Below, in pieces: positions 45,000 through 58,149 of a DNA stretch of 64,000 bases (positions are counted from its first letter, which is position 1; each line of letters begins with the position of its first letter). Location: assembly GCF_009914755.1 (NCBI RefSeq), contig NC_060929.1. The stretch is one strand, 5' to 3'. This stretch comes from the human T2T-CHM13v2.0 reference genome, Homo sapiens. Made by a program: the position numbers and the translations under genes. The notes beneath the pieces are model-generated. The model searched no databases, was not told where the DNA came from, and saw only the letters and a list, made by a program, of their open reading frames with translations.

Positions 45000-47900
45000 G
45001 ACAGGACACTCACTACTACACAAGATCCTCATTGAGGACACTCCTTTGATAAAATAAGAACAATGATAATAATGAAAGTTATTTAGCCTTCCCTTGTAAT
45101 TTTATTGACTTATATTAATTCATGTTAATTCGATTTAATTGAATTAAAACCTTGGAATAAACAACCCATTCCTCCTAAGCTTAGAAGATACACTGACCTT
45201 CCTCCTTCTTGGGAAACTGCAATCACAAAACAAAACCTAGAAATGCTGAGATGTGTCAGATTTTTAGAAAAAGCTGTGAAGGCTTAGGTCTGTTCTCTCC
45301 TACCCTCCCACTCCCCAAAACCTAGCTTTGCCATAGCCAGCTGTATATGGCAACTGGTGACTTGTTTGAGTCTATCTTTGCCCAAAAATTCTGTGCTTGG
45401 AACCCAGAATAAAACTGACTTTTAATAATGTATTATAATGGAAAACTATTATCCAAATTGGATAATACTTATACTTTCTTATATCAGTAAATGAATAAGA
45501 TTTTTTGCCAGTAATAACTTTACCAGAGCAGTTTTTTTTTTTTCCCGGCACTTTGGATGGAGTTTTAGTAAGTCAATTACTAGTGGTAACCATTTCTTTC
45601 CAACCACTTTCCTCTACCACTACCCTCTCCCATGATATCATTATATGTAAATTGGATTCATTTAACCTGTATAGAGAAGCTCATCTTTATAATAAAATCA
45701 TTAGACCATAATGACAGATGAAATGGAAAGGCGGCAGAAAGAAACAGGCATTTCAGAAATATTTATGTAGCTCTGCAGAATGGCGGGTGTCAGTTGCAAA
45801 GTTACTATTAGCTAGAAGGTCTTACTGTGTATCCAATTTAATACCTGGTAATATGTTTCTCTCAGTCATCCACAGGGAAAAAGTAGGGCAGTGGAACCCG
45901 GGAAGGTTTGGGAGTGGGTCCATCTGAAAGGCAATGTGTGCATATTTGACTGGTTTTGTGTGCATGTGTGTCTGCTTGTAAATGAGTGCTTCTAGTTTGG
46001 AAAAATCTGACTCTGAGGCCTGATACATTCCTTATACATTAGGGTGCACTTTTTCTTAGCTTCAGCATTAGGGAATAGAAGGCATCTCTTTTAGCTCCTG
46101 CCCAGTGACATCCTTTAGACTTTAAATCATTTCCTTTACATTTTATTTGAAAGAAGAGGTGCCTAAGAATAATAATGCATCAATGACTTCACCATTAGAC
46201 TTTAGGGATTTGACTGCTGTAATGCCATGGGCCCTTTTTAAGTAACAGTTTTTTTTTTTTTTTTTCTCTTTTCTTTTCACTTTGGTAGTTCCATCAAACT
46301 GGGGCCGCTTTATTGAAAGGGATTCATCTTTTTTTTTTTTTTAAAGAAAGAAACATTACTTAAGGACATAAGAATAACACAATGTGAGGCTGATTTCCCC
46401 TAAAGATAGAATAGCAATGAAATGAAAAAGAAACAGTGACTATGTAGAATCTAATCCTTCCTTAGAATAAAAAGCTCAAGTTAAAAGAGCAAAACTAGCC
46501 CATGCTTCTTAAGATGAAAGTGATGGTAGGGGCATTGCTATTTTGACCTAATGGGAACTGCAAAGGGAATAATGAGGTTACCTGACCCCATGCTAGTTTG
46601 TAAATGACTCCTTTCTTACAGAACAATTCTATTGTCAGTAGCTGTCTAACAATTACATTCTCGACTAACACACACACACACCCACACGAGAAAATGGTGG
46701 GTGTACCCCCCTTCCTTTCTAAACCCAAACATTCTTGATTTCTACCTCAAGTGTTGTTTCAGTGGTTTTAGAGCAATTTAATTCCAAATAATCCAACATT
46801 TTTCAACCAGAATTTTTGCCTTTCTCTTGAACTATCCTTGCTCAAGCTCCTTTTTAAACATGTTTAATGTATGCATTTGTCTTATCTTTGCTGCTTTATA
46901 CAGATTTTAAAAAGACATTTGGGTACAGAAACTTGAGTCACTATTGTGTCTCTTTAGGGACCCACTCAGGGAGTGATAAAAATTGTTCTTGTATCAGAAA
47001 TGCCAGCCAAGGCAGATTTTAACCATGCAGCCCTGTCAGAGATCCCTCCTACTTTTACAAAGTAAATAGCATTCTGTCTTGCCTGTCACCATTTGATCAA
47101 TGTCTTTATGATAACACAATAGCGTTATGAAAACAGTAAAAGGAAATATCAAAATGATTAACACAAATGAGAACTTTGCAACCTGAAATGGGACTGCAAA
47201 ATGCAGGGTGGGGTGGAGGAAGCAAGATGATGAGGGGAGGGAGTAACAAAGGAAACCAAATGGTTGCACTCCATGCATGCTTCGATTGGCTTTATTGATT
47301 TCTCACCCTCTCATCGCTTCTACCTCCAAAACAGTCAGCCCACTCAAGACTTAATTATTTTCTTTCTGAGAGAGAGAGAGAGCAAGGGAATGAGAGCAAA
47401 AGCGAGGTGGGGGTCGGGGAGAGGAAGAGAGGGAGAGAGAGAGAGAGAAAATCTGTTCATAAGGGAAGCAGTCATTGCTGCTCATTTTTTAAAAGCACTT
47501 AAGGGTCATTAGTCTAACACTGCAGTGAATGTATTATTCATTTTGCCTTAGCCCAATTTCTCAGCTAAGAATTTTGCAAGAAAATGATACACAGTTCAGT
47601 AGAGAGGTGATTGATCAAGCCAGAAGGAACAGAGTTTGGGCATCCTGATAAAAATTTTTCTCAGTTTTCTCAGTTAGCATAAATCAATTTTATTTATGTA
47701 GTAACACTTGAATACTAACTACCCAATGCCATCCGTCAAGACAAAATTGATGACTATACCTTTAGGTTAATATTACTTGAACATTTCATTCTGAATAATT
47801 TATACACATTTCTGTCTGAGTGTCAATTCGCGATTGTTTATTTGGTTTCAGTAAGTATAGCTGAACCACAGCTTTTATTAAGAAAAGATTTTCGCCTCTG

Positions 47901-49100
47901 TTTACTTTGTGCATTAAAGGGGCCTGTCCTAGTTTGGGTCCTTGATATTATTCCACAGGAATGGAAACACGGAACAATTTTGTGCCAAATCTAGGGTAGC
48001 TTACATCTTTTTTTTAAGAGCCTTTTGCTAAATGATTTGTGCCATTCAGTGGAGAAAACCGCTAGGATTATATATAAACAGATAAAAAGCTGGCAAAGAG
48101 AGGTGAGCAGATATTTAATAATAACACTTACATGTTGTTTGTGAAGAGGATGTGAGTACATTGCATTAACAGCCTCAATTGCTGTTTTCACTCTTTGCCA
48201 AATAATCTAATCTGTCCACCAAGACTAGTGCTAACACCACCCTCTCCTCTTAGGTGACATTAGATGTGTGCATTATTATTCATCTTATGAAGAACGTGAT
48301 ACATTTTATAATCACTCCATTTGCTGCTGCTTCTTCAGTTTTATGGTAATCACCTTCCTACTGGGCAGATAACATGAAAGCATGTGCATGTTCAGATTCT
48401 GTGACTGAAATGAATGGCTGATGATGAAATGCTAGTAAATTTTACACAATAAGAAAACAGAAAGGCTCCTTCAACTCAGCTGAGGATCTTCACCTAAATC
48501 AACCTGATTGTGTATTTTCACACAAAAGAAGGAAAGTCTTTCATTTAATCTGAAATATTCTGCCCGTTACATTTATAAATTCTTTCTTTTCCTCTCCATC
48601 CCCTGCCCCCCAACTCTGTCTTACATGCACGTTCTTTTACTTTTGAGAAACTTTCCCTCAAGCAGTTATCACAGAGTTCAGTCTCAAGAGAATGTCTGAC
48701 AACCAATGGGAGGAAGCAGCACCTTATACAAGGTGATACCTTAGACATTAGAGGAATAGTATGGAAATGAAGCATGAATTCCAAATAAATCACTCACTCT
48801 GCAGTTTGATTTCTAGAAATAACATTTCTTCTGTGTTCAGAGTCCACATTAGCAGGAACCAGCAGAGCTGCAGGATTTTATAGGTGTGCACAGATACTGT
48901 ACATACACATACACAAACACATACTGTTGGGAATGATTCATGGCTGCCGCTGGAAAGTGTACCTTCAGATTTGCCTCAGATATAATTAATGTTAAAGGAA
49001 TAAAAATAGAATCTACCCATAAAAGATACACGTATGTAGGCACCGATCAAAAGGTAGCCCATGCTTAACTTTGCTTTGACAACCACATGTGCAGTTTCAT
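45000..49100. promoter_or_regulatory. Candidate conserved non-coding or enhancer block (repeat-free)
   Basis: About 4 kb with no recognisable TE, in a TE-rich window, containing clustered SOX, PBX-HOX, MEIS, FOX and AP-1 motifs. Function is inferred only. Confidence 0.45.
47368..47448 (+). repeat. (GA)n / purine-rich tract
   Basis: GAGAGAGAGAGAGAG...GGGGAGAGGAAGAGAGGGAGAGAGAGAGAG. Confidence 0.8.
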
Positions 49101-49109
49101 CTCCTAAAT

Positions 49110-49260
49110 AGTTTGAATCATTTATTCAATTCAACAGATAAACACTGAACTCCAATTATTTGGAAGACACTGTTCAAGAAACCACAGAGTTGCAGAGATG
49201 AGTAAGTCTGAATCTCTAAATAACTTTACAGGTAGCTTAAAGGAGGTTGAGAATACAAGT
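49110..49260 (-). mobile_element. L2 3' tail fragment
   Basis: CATTTATTCAATTCAACAGATA...ACACTGTTC...GCAGAGATGAGTAAG. Confidence 0.5.
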
Positions 49261-51290
49261 AGTATGATAAATATCATGTTATGTATGTATATATAATATG
49301 TATAAATAAATGGAACAAAGCCAGATTTTATAAAAGCAACATAATAATACTTCTGAATTATTAGACCATGATACATTTTATTAGGGGCATTTATTTTGGT
49401 TGTGCCACGTCTATGATTAATAATGCTGTGTGTTCATTAAAGTTTGTACGACAAGATTTTAATTAAGAATTTTTAAGTACTTTGTACATACTGTATTGTT
49501 ATGCAAAGATTAGAAGTTATTAGAGTTACATGTGCTTTTTGGCTAAGGTAAAAAAGGTATTGTGCATTTTTACAGTCTCGGTTGGGAGAACAGGCTCCTA
49601 AAACATTGTGCTATAACTAGACCAGATGTAGATAACGTCCAATAGAATTAAAAACTCTGGTGTTGTGTATTGTTTAAAAGGTGAGTCTCATTACTTTGTA
49701 ACAAATCCCAGATTATGTAATCATTGCATATGTAATCCAAATCTTATTAATATTAAAATAACACCTCAGTAAATATCTATGTATTGTCAATATTGGGAAT
49801 ATAACTCTATGACGTTAATTTGCCTTCATCTATCTTGTTAAGTGAAACATGCCTTTAACAAATTATACAATTTTTATAAATTAATAGAGATATGATTATA
49901 CATTTATTGCTTATATAATTTTATTTAATTAAGGGACAGCCCTATAGATAATTCTTATTAAAGTTTGATATTCTTAACAATCAATGCTACTGAAGTAACA
50001 ATTATAACCATTGACCATTTCGAATGTTATTGTCTCAATTAAATGCTGACTTTAAATACTCAATTTTCTGTGCAGTTGACCTACAAAACTTCTGAAATAA
50101 CTTTAAAATTATTTCTTTCTTAATCTTAAACTTTAGCTTAGCATATATTTTAAAAACCTACCCAGATGGACCAAAACAACTTGATGAGTATTTCTTAGGG
50201 GTGACTTAGACCCAAAAAAGGCCGGAAAATGCTAGGACTGGTACAACAAGTAAATGGCTGGATTCTGGTTCTTTGATAAAACTCCTCAAAGACACCTAGT
50301 CTTTTTTTTTAAGCAATAGTTATTTATAGAGTTTCTCAGAACTAAAATCTGTCACCGATATGTCACTAATGTTTTCAGATGAATTTCAGTATTGCATGGA
50401 CAAATGGGATTGTTTATGGGCCAATAGGTGTCAAGATAAACTAATGACACAAGCTGCTCCTGTCGATACTTTCCATGATTCCATTGGTGGGGTGGGTTTG
50501 GAGTGAGTCTGTTTAGCCATTGTGTATTTCTGCAACCCACACAGTGCTGAGAACAAGAACACTAATCTCAAAATTCATGTTCAAATCCAAAGATCTACAA
50601 AGCTTCTTGCGGTTATAATACACTGTAAATGCTCACAATATGCCTCTAAAACGTGTGTCACCATATCCATTTTTTTTTAGGGCAGGAAACCAAGGCTCAG
50701 TAGCCATGTACCAAACTAGCAATGAACCTTAAATTAGAATCCAGATTCTTCTAGATGACAGAAATTTGGTCTATCTCCTAAAGAGAGATATATCCTTATT
50801 GAGAAATTAATCCAGGGTTTTCAAGTTGGAGCTCAAATAGAGGACTGATCCAATATTGGTCCACTGTTAGGCTAAATACTGAGAATGGTTCCTTGGGGAC
50901 AAGGTTGAACAATTAAATGTAAACTTTATATGTAGATTTTAATCTAATAATTACTAATTGGTCTGAGTAACTGAGGTAGTCACCTGGTCTTAGAATGTTA
51001 AAAGCTAAAGGATTTGAGATATACTCAAACCCACCTTTTTCTCTGAGTGATTTTCACAGTTATCTTAAAATAAAACCATGAGAACTCATGTTGTTTGCTT
51101 TTCACATATTTTCCTTTGTCAGTGCTGCTTTATGAAAGGAAAATATTCCCTCATTAAGATTTTTCAAATAAGTAAGAGAAAAGATAAAAGTATCTGTTGT
51201 ATTTTATTGTATTTTATCAATGTGAGACATATTCACATTGGTAATTTATGAAATCTATTAAGTGTAAAGTAATCAGAGATGCTTTTCTAT

Positions 51291-51652
51291 TGTCTTAGTC
51301 CATTCTGGCTGCTGTAACAAAATACCATAGACTGAGTAGTTTCTAAACAACAAAAGTTTATTTCTCACAGTTCTGGAGACTGGGAAGTCCAAGATCAGGG
51401 GCTGGCATGTTGAGTGTCTGACAGGAGCTCACTTCCTCATAGACAGCCGTCTTCTCATTCTAACCTCGTGTGGTGGAAAAGACAAGAGGTCTCTCTTGAG
51501 CCTCTTTTATAAGGGAATTAATACCATAATACTGATTTTCTGGAGGTTAATACTAATAAACCCCTAAAGATTCCATCTCCTAATACCATCAACTTGGGAG
51601 TGAGGATTCCCACATATGAATTCAGGGAGACAAAAGCATTCAGACCATAGAA
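51291..51652 (-). mobile_element. MaLR solo LTR, MLT1A0-like
   Basis: TGTCTTAGTCCATTCTGGCTGCTGTAACAAAATACCATAGACTG...GGAAGTCCAAGATCA...CATTCAGACCATAG. Confidence 0.88.
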
Positions 51653-52371
51653 ATAAAATATAATGATTCCTGACACTGTGGAATACTGCTCAACTAATCT
51701 GCCCACTTTGGGTATGAGAATTCTTGCCTGACAGTTTTCCTTTTGATGCACCTGAGAGAGAGCTATCTTTAACAATGCCTGAAGGAGTTCTTTAACATCT
51801 GTTTTTCAAAGAGGATAAATAAGGAATAAACTATATATGGTTCACCTAACATAGTAAACTAATATTTTGAGATATATGTGAATATGTATATCCTTATATA
51901 CTTATATTTGATAAATCAATTTGTTTAAGGTTTTATTCCTCCTTTCCTCATTCATTCAGTTTTTCATCAATTTAACACATATTCAACAAACATTTGTTAA
52001 TCACTCTATCAAGCACTGGAGATGTGGAAGTCAGTGAAACATTTGACCTGCATTTATTAAAATCAATTATTAGGAAAAATTCTTGGAACAATCAGTAGCA
52101 CTATGTAAAAATGAGACATTTGGAAACAGACAAGACAATAGAATGTGATTTTTAAGTAAAATATGCCTAAATCACTATTTTTAGGTGAAATATGCCTACG
52201 TAACTTGTCCTTGCTAAGAGATAACCTCTATCTTTGCACTGAGGAAAATCTTGAGAAACCCCCAAAAACCTCTGCTTTACAGCCCTTTTGTTTAGAAATT
52301 CTTGATTAAACTTTAGGTACACAGATCTTTATATTAAAGTGGAGAGAAAATTATTACTTTGGTTTTTTAAA

Positions 52372-52487
52372 AATTATTTTATTTTATTTTTTTAAGTTCC
52401 AGGGTACATGTGCAGGATGTGTGTGTTTGTTACATAGGTAAACATGTGTCATGTGGTTTGCTGCACGTGACAATTCATCACCTAAGA
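52372..52487 (-). mobile_element. Very short L1PA (old PA subfamily) 3' end
   Basis: AGTTCCAGGGTACATGTGCAGGATGTG...TTGTTACATAGGTAAACATGTG after a T-rich tail. Confidence 0.8.
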
Positions 52488-52488
52488 A

Positions 52489-52875
52489 TTTTTTTTAATT
52501 TCCATAGGTTATTGGGGAACAGGTGTTATTTAATTACATGAGTAAGTTCTTTAGTGGTGATTTGTGAGGTTTTGGCACACCCATCACCCAAGCAGCATAT
52601 ACTGCACCCAATTTGTAGTCTTTTATCCCTTACCCCCTTCCCACCCTTTCCCCTTGAGTCCCCAAAGTCCATTATGTCATTCTTATGCCTTTGCATCCTC
52701 ATAGCTTATCTCCCACTTATGAGTGAGAACATATGATGTCTGGTTTTCCATTCCTGAGTTACTTCACTTGGAATAATAGTCTCCAATCTCATCCAGGTTT
52801 CTGCCAATTCCATTAATTCATTCCTTTTTATGGGTTAGTAGTATTCCATTGTGTGTGTATGTATGTATGTGTGTA

Positions 52876-52906
<31 letters not shown>

Positions 52907-52929
52907 ATATCACATATATATATATATAC

Positions 52930-52987
<58 letters not shown>

Positions 52988-54667
52988 ACATATATATATC
53001 CAACTTGTTGATTGATAGACATTTGGGTTGATTCCACATTTTTGCAATTGCTAATTGTGCTGCTATAAACATGTGTGTGCAAGTATCTTTTTTGTATAAT
53101 GACTTCTTTTCCTCAGGTAGATATCCAGCAATAGATTGCTGGATCAAGTGGTAGTTATACTTTTAGTTCTCTAAGGAATCTCCACACTCTTTTCCATAGT
53201 GGTTGTACTAGTTTTCATTTCAACCAGCAGTATAGAAGTGTTCCCTGTTCACCACATCCATGCCAATATCCATTATTTTTTGATTTTTTGACTATGGCCA
53301 TTCTGTGGTATTGTATTGTGGTTTTGATTTGCATTTCCCTGATCATTAGTGATGCTGAGCATTTTCTCATATGCCTGTTGGCCATTTGTATATCTTCTTT
53401 TGAGAATTGTCTATTTATGTCCTTAGCACATTTTTGGTGGGATTGTTTGTTCTTTTCTTGCTAATTTGTTTGAGTTTGTTATAGATTCTGGATATTAGTC
53501 CTTTGTTAGATGTATAGATTGTGAAGATTTTCTTCCACTCCGTGGGTTGTCTGTTTATTCTGTTGATTCTTCCTTTATTCTGTTGACTCTTCCTTTATTC
53601 TATTGACTCTGTGGGTTGTCTGTTTATTCTGTTGACTCTTCCTTTTGCCGTGCAAAAGCTGTTTAGTTTAATTAAGTTTAATTAGTTTAATTAGTCCCAG
53701 CTATTTATCTTTGTTTTTATTGCATTTGCTTTTGGGTTCTTGGTCATGAAATCCTTGCCTAAACCAATGTCTAGAAGGGTTTTTCCAATGTTATCCTCTA
53801 AAATTTTTACGGTTTTAGGTCTTAGATTTAAGTCTTTGATCCATCGTGAGTTGATTTTTGTATAAGGTGAGAGATGAGAATCCAGTTTCATTCTTTTACA
53901 TGTGGCTTGTCAATCATCCCTGCATCATTTGTTAAATAAGGTGTCCTTTCCCCACTTTATGTTTTTGATTTCTTTGTTGAAGATCAGTTGGCTGTGAGTA
54001 TTTGGGTTTGTTTCTGTGTTCCCTATTCTGTTCCACTTGTCTATGTGCCTAATTTTATATTAGTACCATGCTGTTTTGGTGACTATGGGCTTATAGTATA
54101 GTTTGAAATCAGATAATGCGATGCCTCCAGATTTGTTCTTTTTGCTTAGCCTTGCTTTGGCTATGCAGGCTTTTTTTTGGTTCCATATGAATATTAGGAT
54201 TGTTTTTTCTAGTTCTGCGAAGAATGATGGTGGTATTTTGGTGGGAATTGCATTGAATTTATAGATTGCTTTTGGCAGTATGGTTATTTTCACAATAGTG
54301 ATTCTACCCCATCCATGAGCATGGGATGTGTTTCTAATTGTTTGTGTCATCTGATTTCTTTCAGCAGTGTTTTGTAGTTTTCCTTGCCGAGGTCTTTCAC
54401 CTCCTGGGTTATGTATATTTCTAAGCATTTTATTTGTATTTGTTTTTGTAGATATTGTAAAAGGGGTTGAGTTCTCAATTTAATTCTCCACTTGCTCACT
54501 GTTGGTGTATAGAAGAGCTACTGATTTGTGCACATTAAAGTTGAAAGCATTCCCTCTGAGAACTGGAACAAGACAAGGATCACCACTTCTCTTCAACATA
54601 GTACTGGAAGTCCTAGCCAGAGCAATCATGCAAGAGAAAGAAGTAAAGGACATCCAAATTGGTAAAA
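52489..54667 (-). mobile_element. L1PB1-like LINE-1, 5'-truncated with 5' inversion
   Basis: L1PB 3' end TTTCCATAGGTTATTGGGGAACAGGTG and ORF2 fragments ([30 protein letters not shown]). Orientation switches at ~54537 to plus-strand ORF2 AAAGTTGAAAGCATTCCCTCTGAGAACTGGAACAAGACAAGGAT. Confidence 0.92.
52850..52998. repeat. Compound (TG)n/(TA)n/(TAGATA)n/(CA)n microsatellite inside the L1PB
   Basis: Directly visible, including a (TA)n run of about 20 units. Confidence 0.95.
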
Positions 54668-55084
54668 ATTATTATTTGTAGCTAATAAACGAAAAGAAAA
54701 TTATCAGTGGATGTCAACCTGAATCTATAGTTTCTGCACCAAAGAGGTAGTCAGAGAGACACACAAGTTTCTCACTCCCTTCCTTCAACATCGTATAGAA
54801 ATAATTTTCTTAGCTTGAATAGAAGTTATGAGGTCAAATTTCCTTTTTGCTAGTTTTGGAGTAAAAGGCTTTTCAGAAAACATTTGAAAAGTCATATAAG
54901 GGATAAATTACAAAAGTATCTTCTCACCATGAGAGCTTCTGAGTCACAATCTCTGTTGGTAGAGCTGCTGACTTGTTTACCAAATTGCTGTTCATTGTAT
55001 CAATGATGTTGTGGAGCTATCTGTTATTTCACATTATCATCAGCCAGGATACTATCAACCAATACAGTGCAGGTCATTAAGTAA

Positions 55085-56800
55085 TTATTGTTTCAATTTT
55101 CACTTTAGCGATTACTTAGTTAGGAATTGTTTGTAAGTTTGCCATTCATTTGTATTTCTTCTTCAAAGAGCACTTTGAATTCTTTGACCTTTTTTTCTAT
55201 TGTTTCTCCTTCTCTAAATGATATATTTGGAATTCTGTGTATATTCTGTAAATTAGTCCATTATCTTTTAAATATGTTGAAATTGTTCCTTTCAATATCT
55301 CTTTTGCTTTTTAAGTTTATGATTTTTTGTTGTAAAGGAGTTTACAATTTTTATCCAGTCAAATCTATCATATTTTCTGATTTTCTGTCTTAGGAAGTCT
55401 TTTATCATCTCTTGATTTAAAATTGTTATTATTCTAGATATTCTTGTATTTCCTCATGCTTCGTTGTTCCATTCATCAGATATTTGTGTATTAACTAAAT
55501 ATCTAACTGTATTATCCATTTGTCACAAATCACTTATTGAATACTTCATCATGTCCCCATTGGTTTCAAATGCCACATTTATCATAAAATTATTCCCACA
55601 TACACAGTCTGCTTTCAGGCTGTTTATTCCATTTATGATATATGTATTTATTCATGTACCAAGATCACACTGTTTTAATTACTCTTATTTTCAAGTATGT
55701 TTTGATATTTGGAAGGACCATTCCTTCTCTTTGATTTTCAAAACATTACAGACTAGTTGTGTATATTTTCTCATATAAACTTAAAAATTTATCAATATCC
55801 ATTACCAAAATGGTAAGAACATGGATTAGAATTACATTAAATATATAGAATTTTATGGGAATGAATAATTAAAAGAATAAGAATTTGAATTTGCTTAATT
55901 TTCTTTTAGGTGATTTGGTAAAGTATTGTGATATTCCTTACATATGTTACACATTTTTTGTTAAGTTTATTTCTGGATATTTCGTGGAATATTATTTTTG
56001 TAGCAGCTATGAATAGGCTCTTTTTTCATTATAATTTTAACTGATTGCTTTTGATATATAAAAAAATTATTGTTTTCATATATGCATCTTATATCCAACA
56101 ACTTACTGGCCTCTTCTCTATTTCTAACATACTTCTAAAAAAATATTTTTAGTTTTCCAGGTCCAAAATTAACACCCACAAATACTGAAAGTTTATTATC
56201 TTCCTTTCCAAAGAAGTTGATATTTCTATTTTTTTCTCTTACATTGGCTAGGACCTTGAGTGCAATGGTGAAAACTGAGGGTAATAGTAGATATTTTTGT
56301 GCTCATCTTGATGTTAGTAGGAAAGCTTTTAATGACTTATTATCAAATATTTTATTGTAGGTTTCTGGCACATAGTTGTTAGTTTCAGAAAATGTGTTTG
56401 TTTGCCCCCTTAGTAGATCTTCTTAGATTAAAAAAATGAGAGTCAAATTTTATCCAATGGATTTTTAAAGCAGGTATTCAGGTGATAATATGGCTTTCCC
56501 AAGTTAATCTATTTAATCTGTTAACAGACAAATTACATCAAAAGATCTACTGATGTTAACTCATCCTTACATTCCATTCACATACTTTATTTGGTTATAA
56601 TGTGATTTTAAAATACTCCGCTGGATTCAGTTTGCTAATAATTTATTTAGATATTTGCATCTTAGTTCATAAGAGATAAGATTGGCCTGGTGTGTGTGTG
56701 TGCCTGTGACACTTGCTGCATAAAAGAGGTTAACATGTTTTCCTTCAGTTTCCACATCATGGAACAGTTTATATAACAGAGAAACATCCAGTGTATTGAC
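55085..56800 (-). mobile_element. Old L1ME-like fragment
   Basis: Diverged antisense ORF2 motifs (CACTGTTTTAATTAC, ATTGGCTAGGACC, CTGGATTCAGTTTGCTAATA). Confidence 0.7.
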
Positions 56801-57574
56801 TATTCAATGCCTAGAAACAGACTTTGCCTATGTAACCATTTGAGTTTCACACATGTCCTTGTTATTAAGTCTTTTTGTTTGTGTGTTTTAACTTTTACCA
56901 AGGTTATGTTTCTATACAGTTTAAGTAGCGACAAATTTTATGAGGTATGTTAGGGAAAACAGCAGTTCTTACTGCTCCTTCTCACCACTATCCCTACTGA
57001 CATATTTCCCATTCTTCAGAAATAACCACTTTCAAGTCATATTTATATGATTTGCTGATATATTTAGGTTACTCTGACCATATCATTTTATGTTTTCTAT
57101 TTACTGTTCTTTGATTCTTTCCATTTACTGTTTTTGTGTGTGTGTCATATTGTTTCTTATAGCTTTGATCCCCAATTTTCCCCTTCCTCTTGTTTTTGTC
57201 CTTTTGTCATTGAAAAGATGTGGATCTTACCTCATTTTTAATATTGGTTACCCCTAAATTTTCACATAAACATTTAAATAAACTTTATAAATAATACCTA
57301 GCATTACTCAGTAAATTACTTCCTCTCACTTCTCATATTTCAACAGTATTTCTTTTGCTCAAACTAGACTTCTAACAGACTGTTGTAAAATTTTGTACTA
57401 AAGCTGCAATATAGAGGTACTTCACAAAACTTGTTTTAGCTGTCTGTTTCATTGGAAGGACCTCTTCAACCTGAATGTATTGCTCTCTCTGCACTGGGTG
57501 CTTTCTGTTCTGAAAAGTCAGAGGTAAGCTGAAGGAAGAAGGGAAAAACAGGAGAAAAAGGTTGATTCAAAATC

Positions 57575-57840
57575 AACCATACTAAATGCAATGCAGTGTC
57601 CTGCATTGGATCCAGGAACAGAAAAAAGACATTAATAGAAAAACTGGTGAATTCCAAATAAAGTTTGTGGTTCAGTTAGCAGTATTTTACCAATGTTAAT
57701 TTCTTAGTTTTGACAAATATATCATGGATATATAGATGTTAACGTCAGGCAACCTGGGCGAAGGGCATACTGAACTCTTTGTATTATCTTTGCTACATTT
57801 CTAAAATTCTAACATTATTCAAAAATACATAGTTTTAAAA
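57575..57840 (+). mobile_element. Old L1 3'UTR end (L1MD/L1ME-like)
   Basis: ACTAAATGCAATG...TGGATCCAGGAACAGAAAAAAGACATTAATAGAAAAACTGGTGAA...ACCAATGTTAATTTCTTAGTTTTGACAAAT. Confidence 0.8.
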
Positions 57841-58149
57841 TTGCTTTAGCCATATATTTTGATAAGGAAAAGAGCAACTTTTAGGCTTAATAGAACTTAA
57901 AAAAAAGTTCTAGTGCATAACAGCCATTAATATTTTATCAGGTCCTCTGTTGTTCACCATCCCATGTTCTTGGTCCACCAAGAACCCAAAGTTTTATTGT
58001 TTAATTATTTTGCATCTATAGTATGAGTTTTCCATCTGGATAGAAGAGGTTATGTGCATGTCTACGTGTGTGTGCACAAAGGAGTATGCATGGGCACATG
58101 TATGTGTGAGTGGTTTTGCAGGTACCTGTTAAGAGATGAAGTTGGAGAA

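Noticed and set aside
52818-53147. YI-repeat proteins
   Set aside because: Translation of a (TA)n microsatellite inside L1PB.
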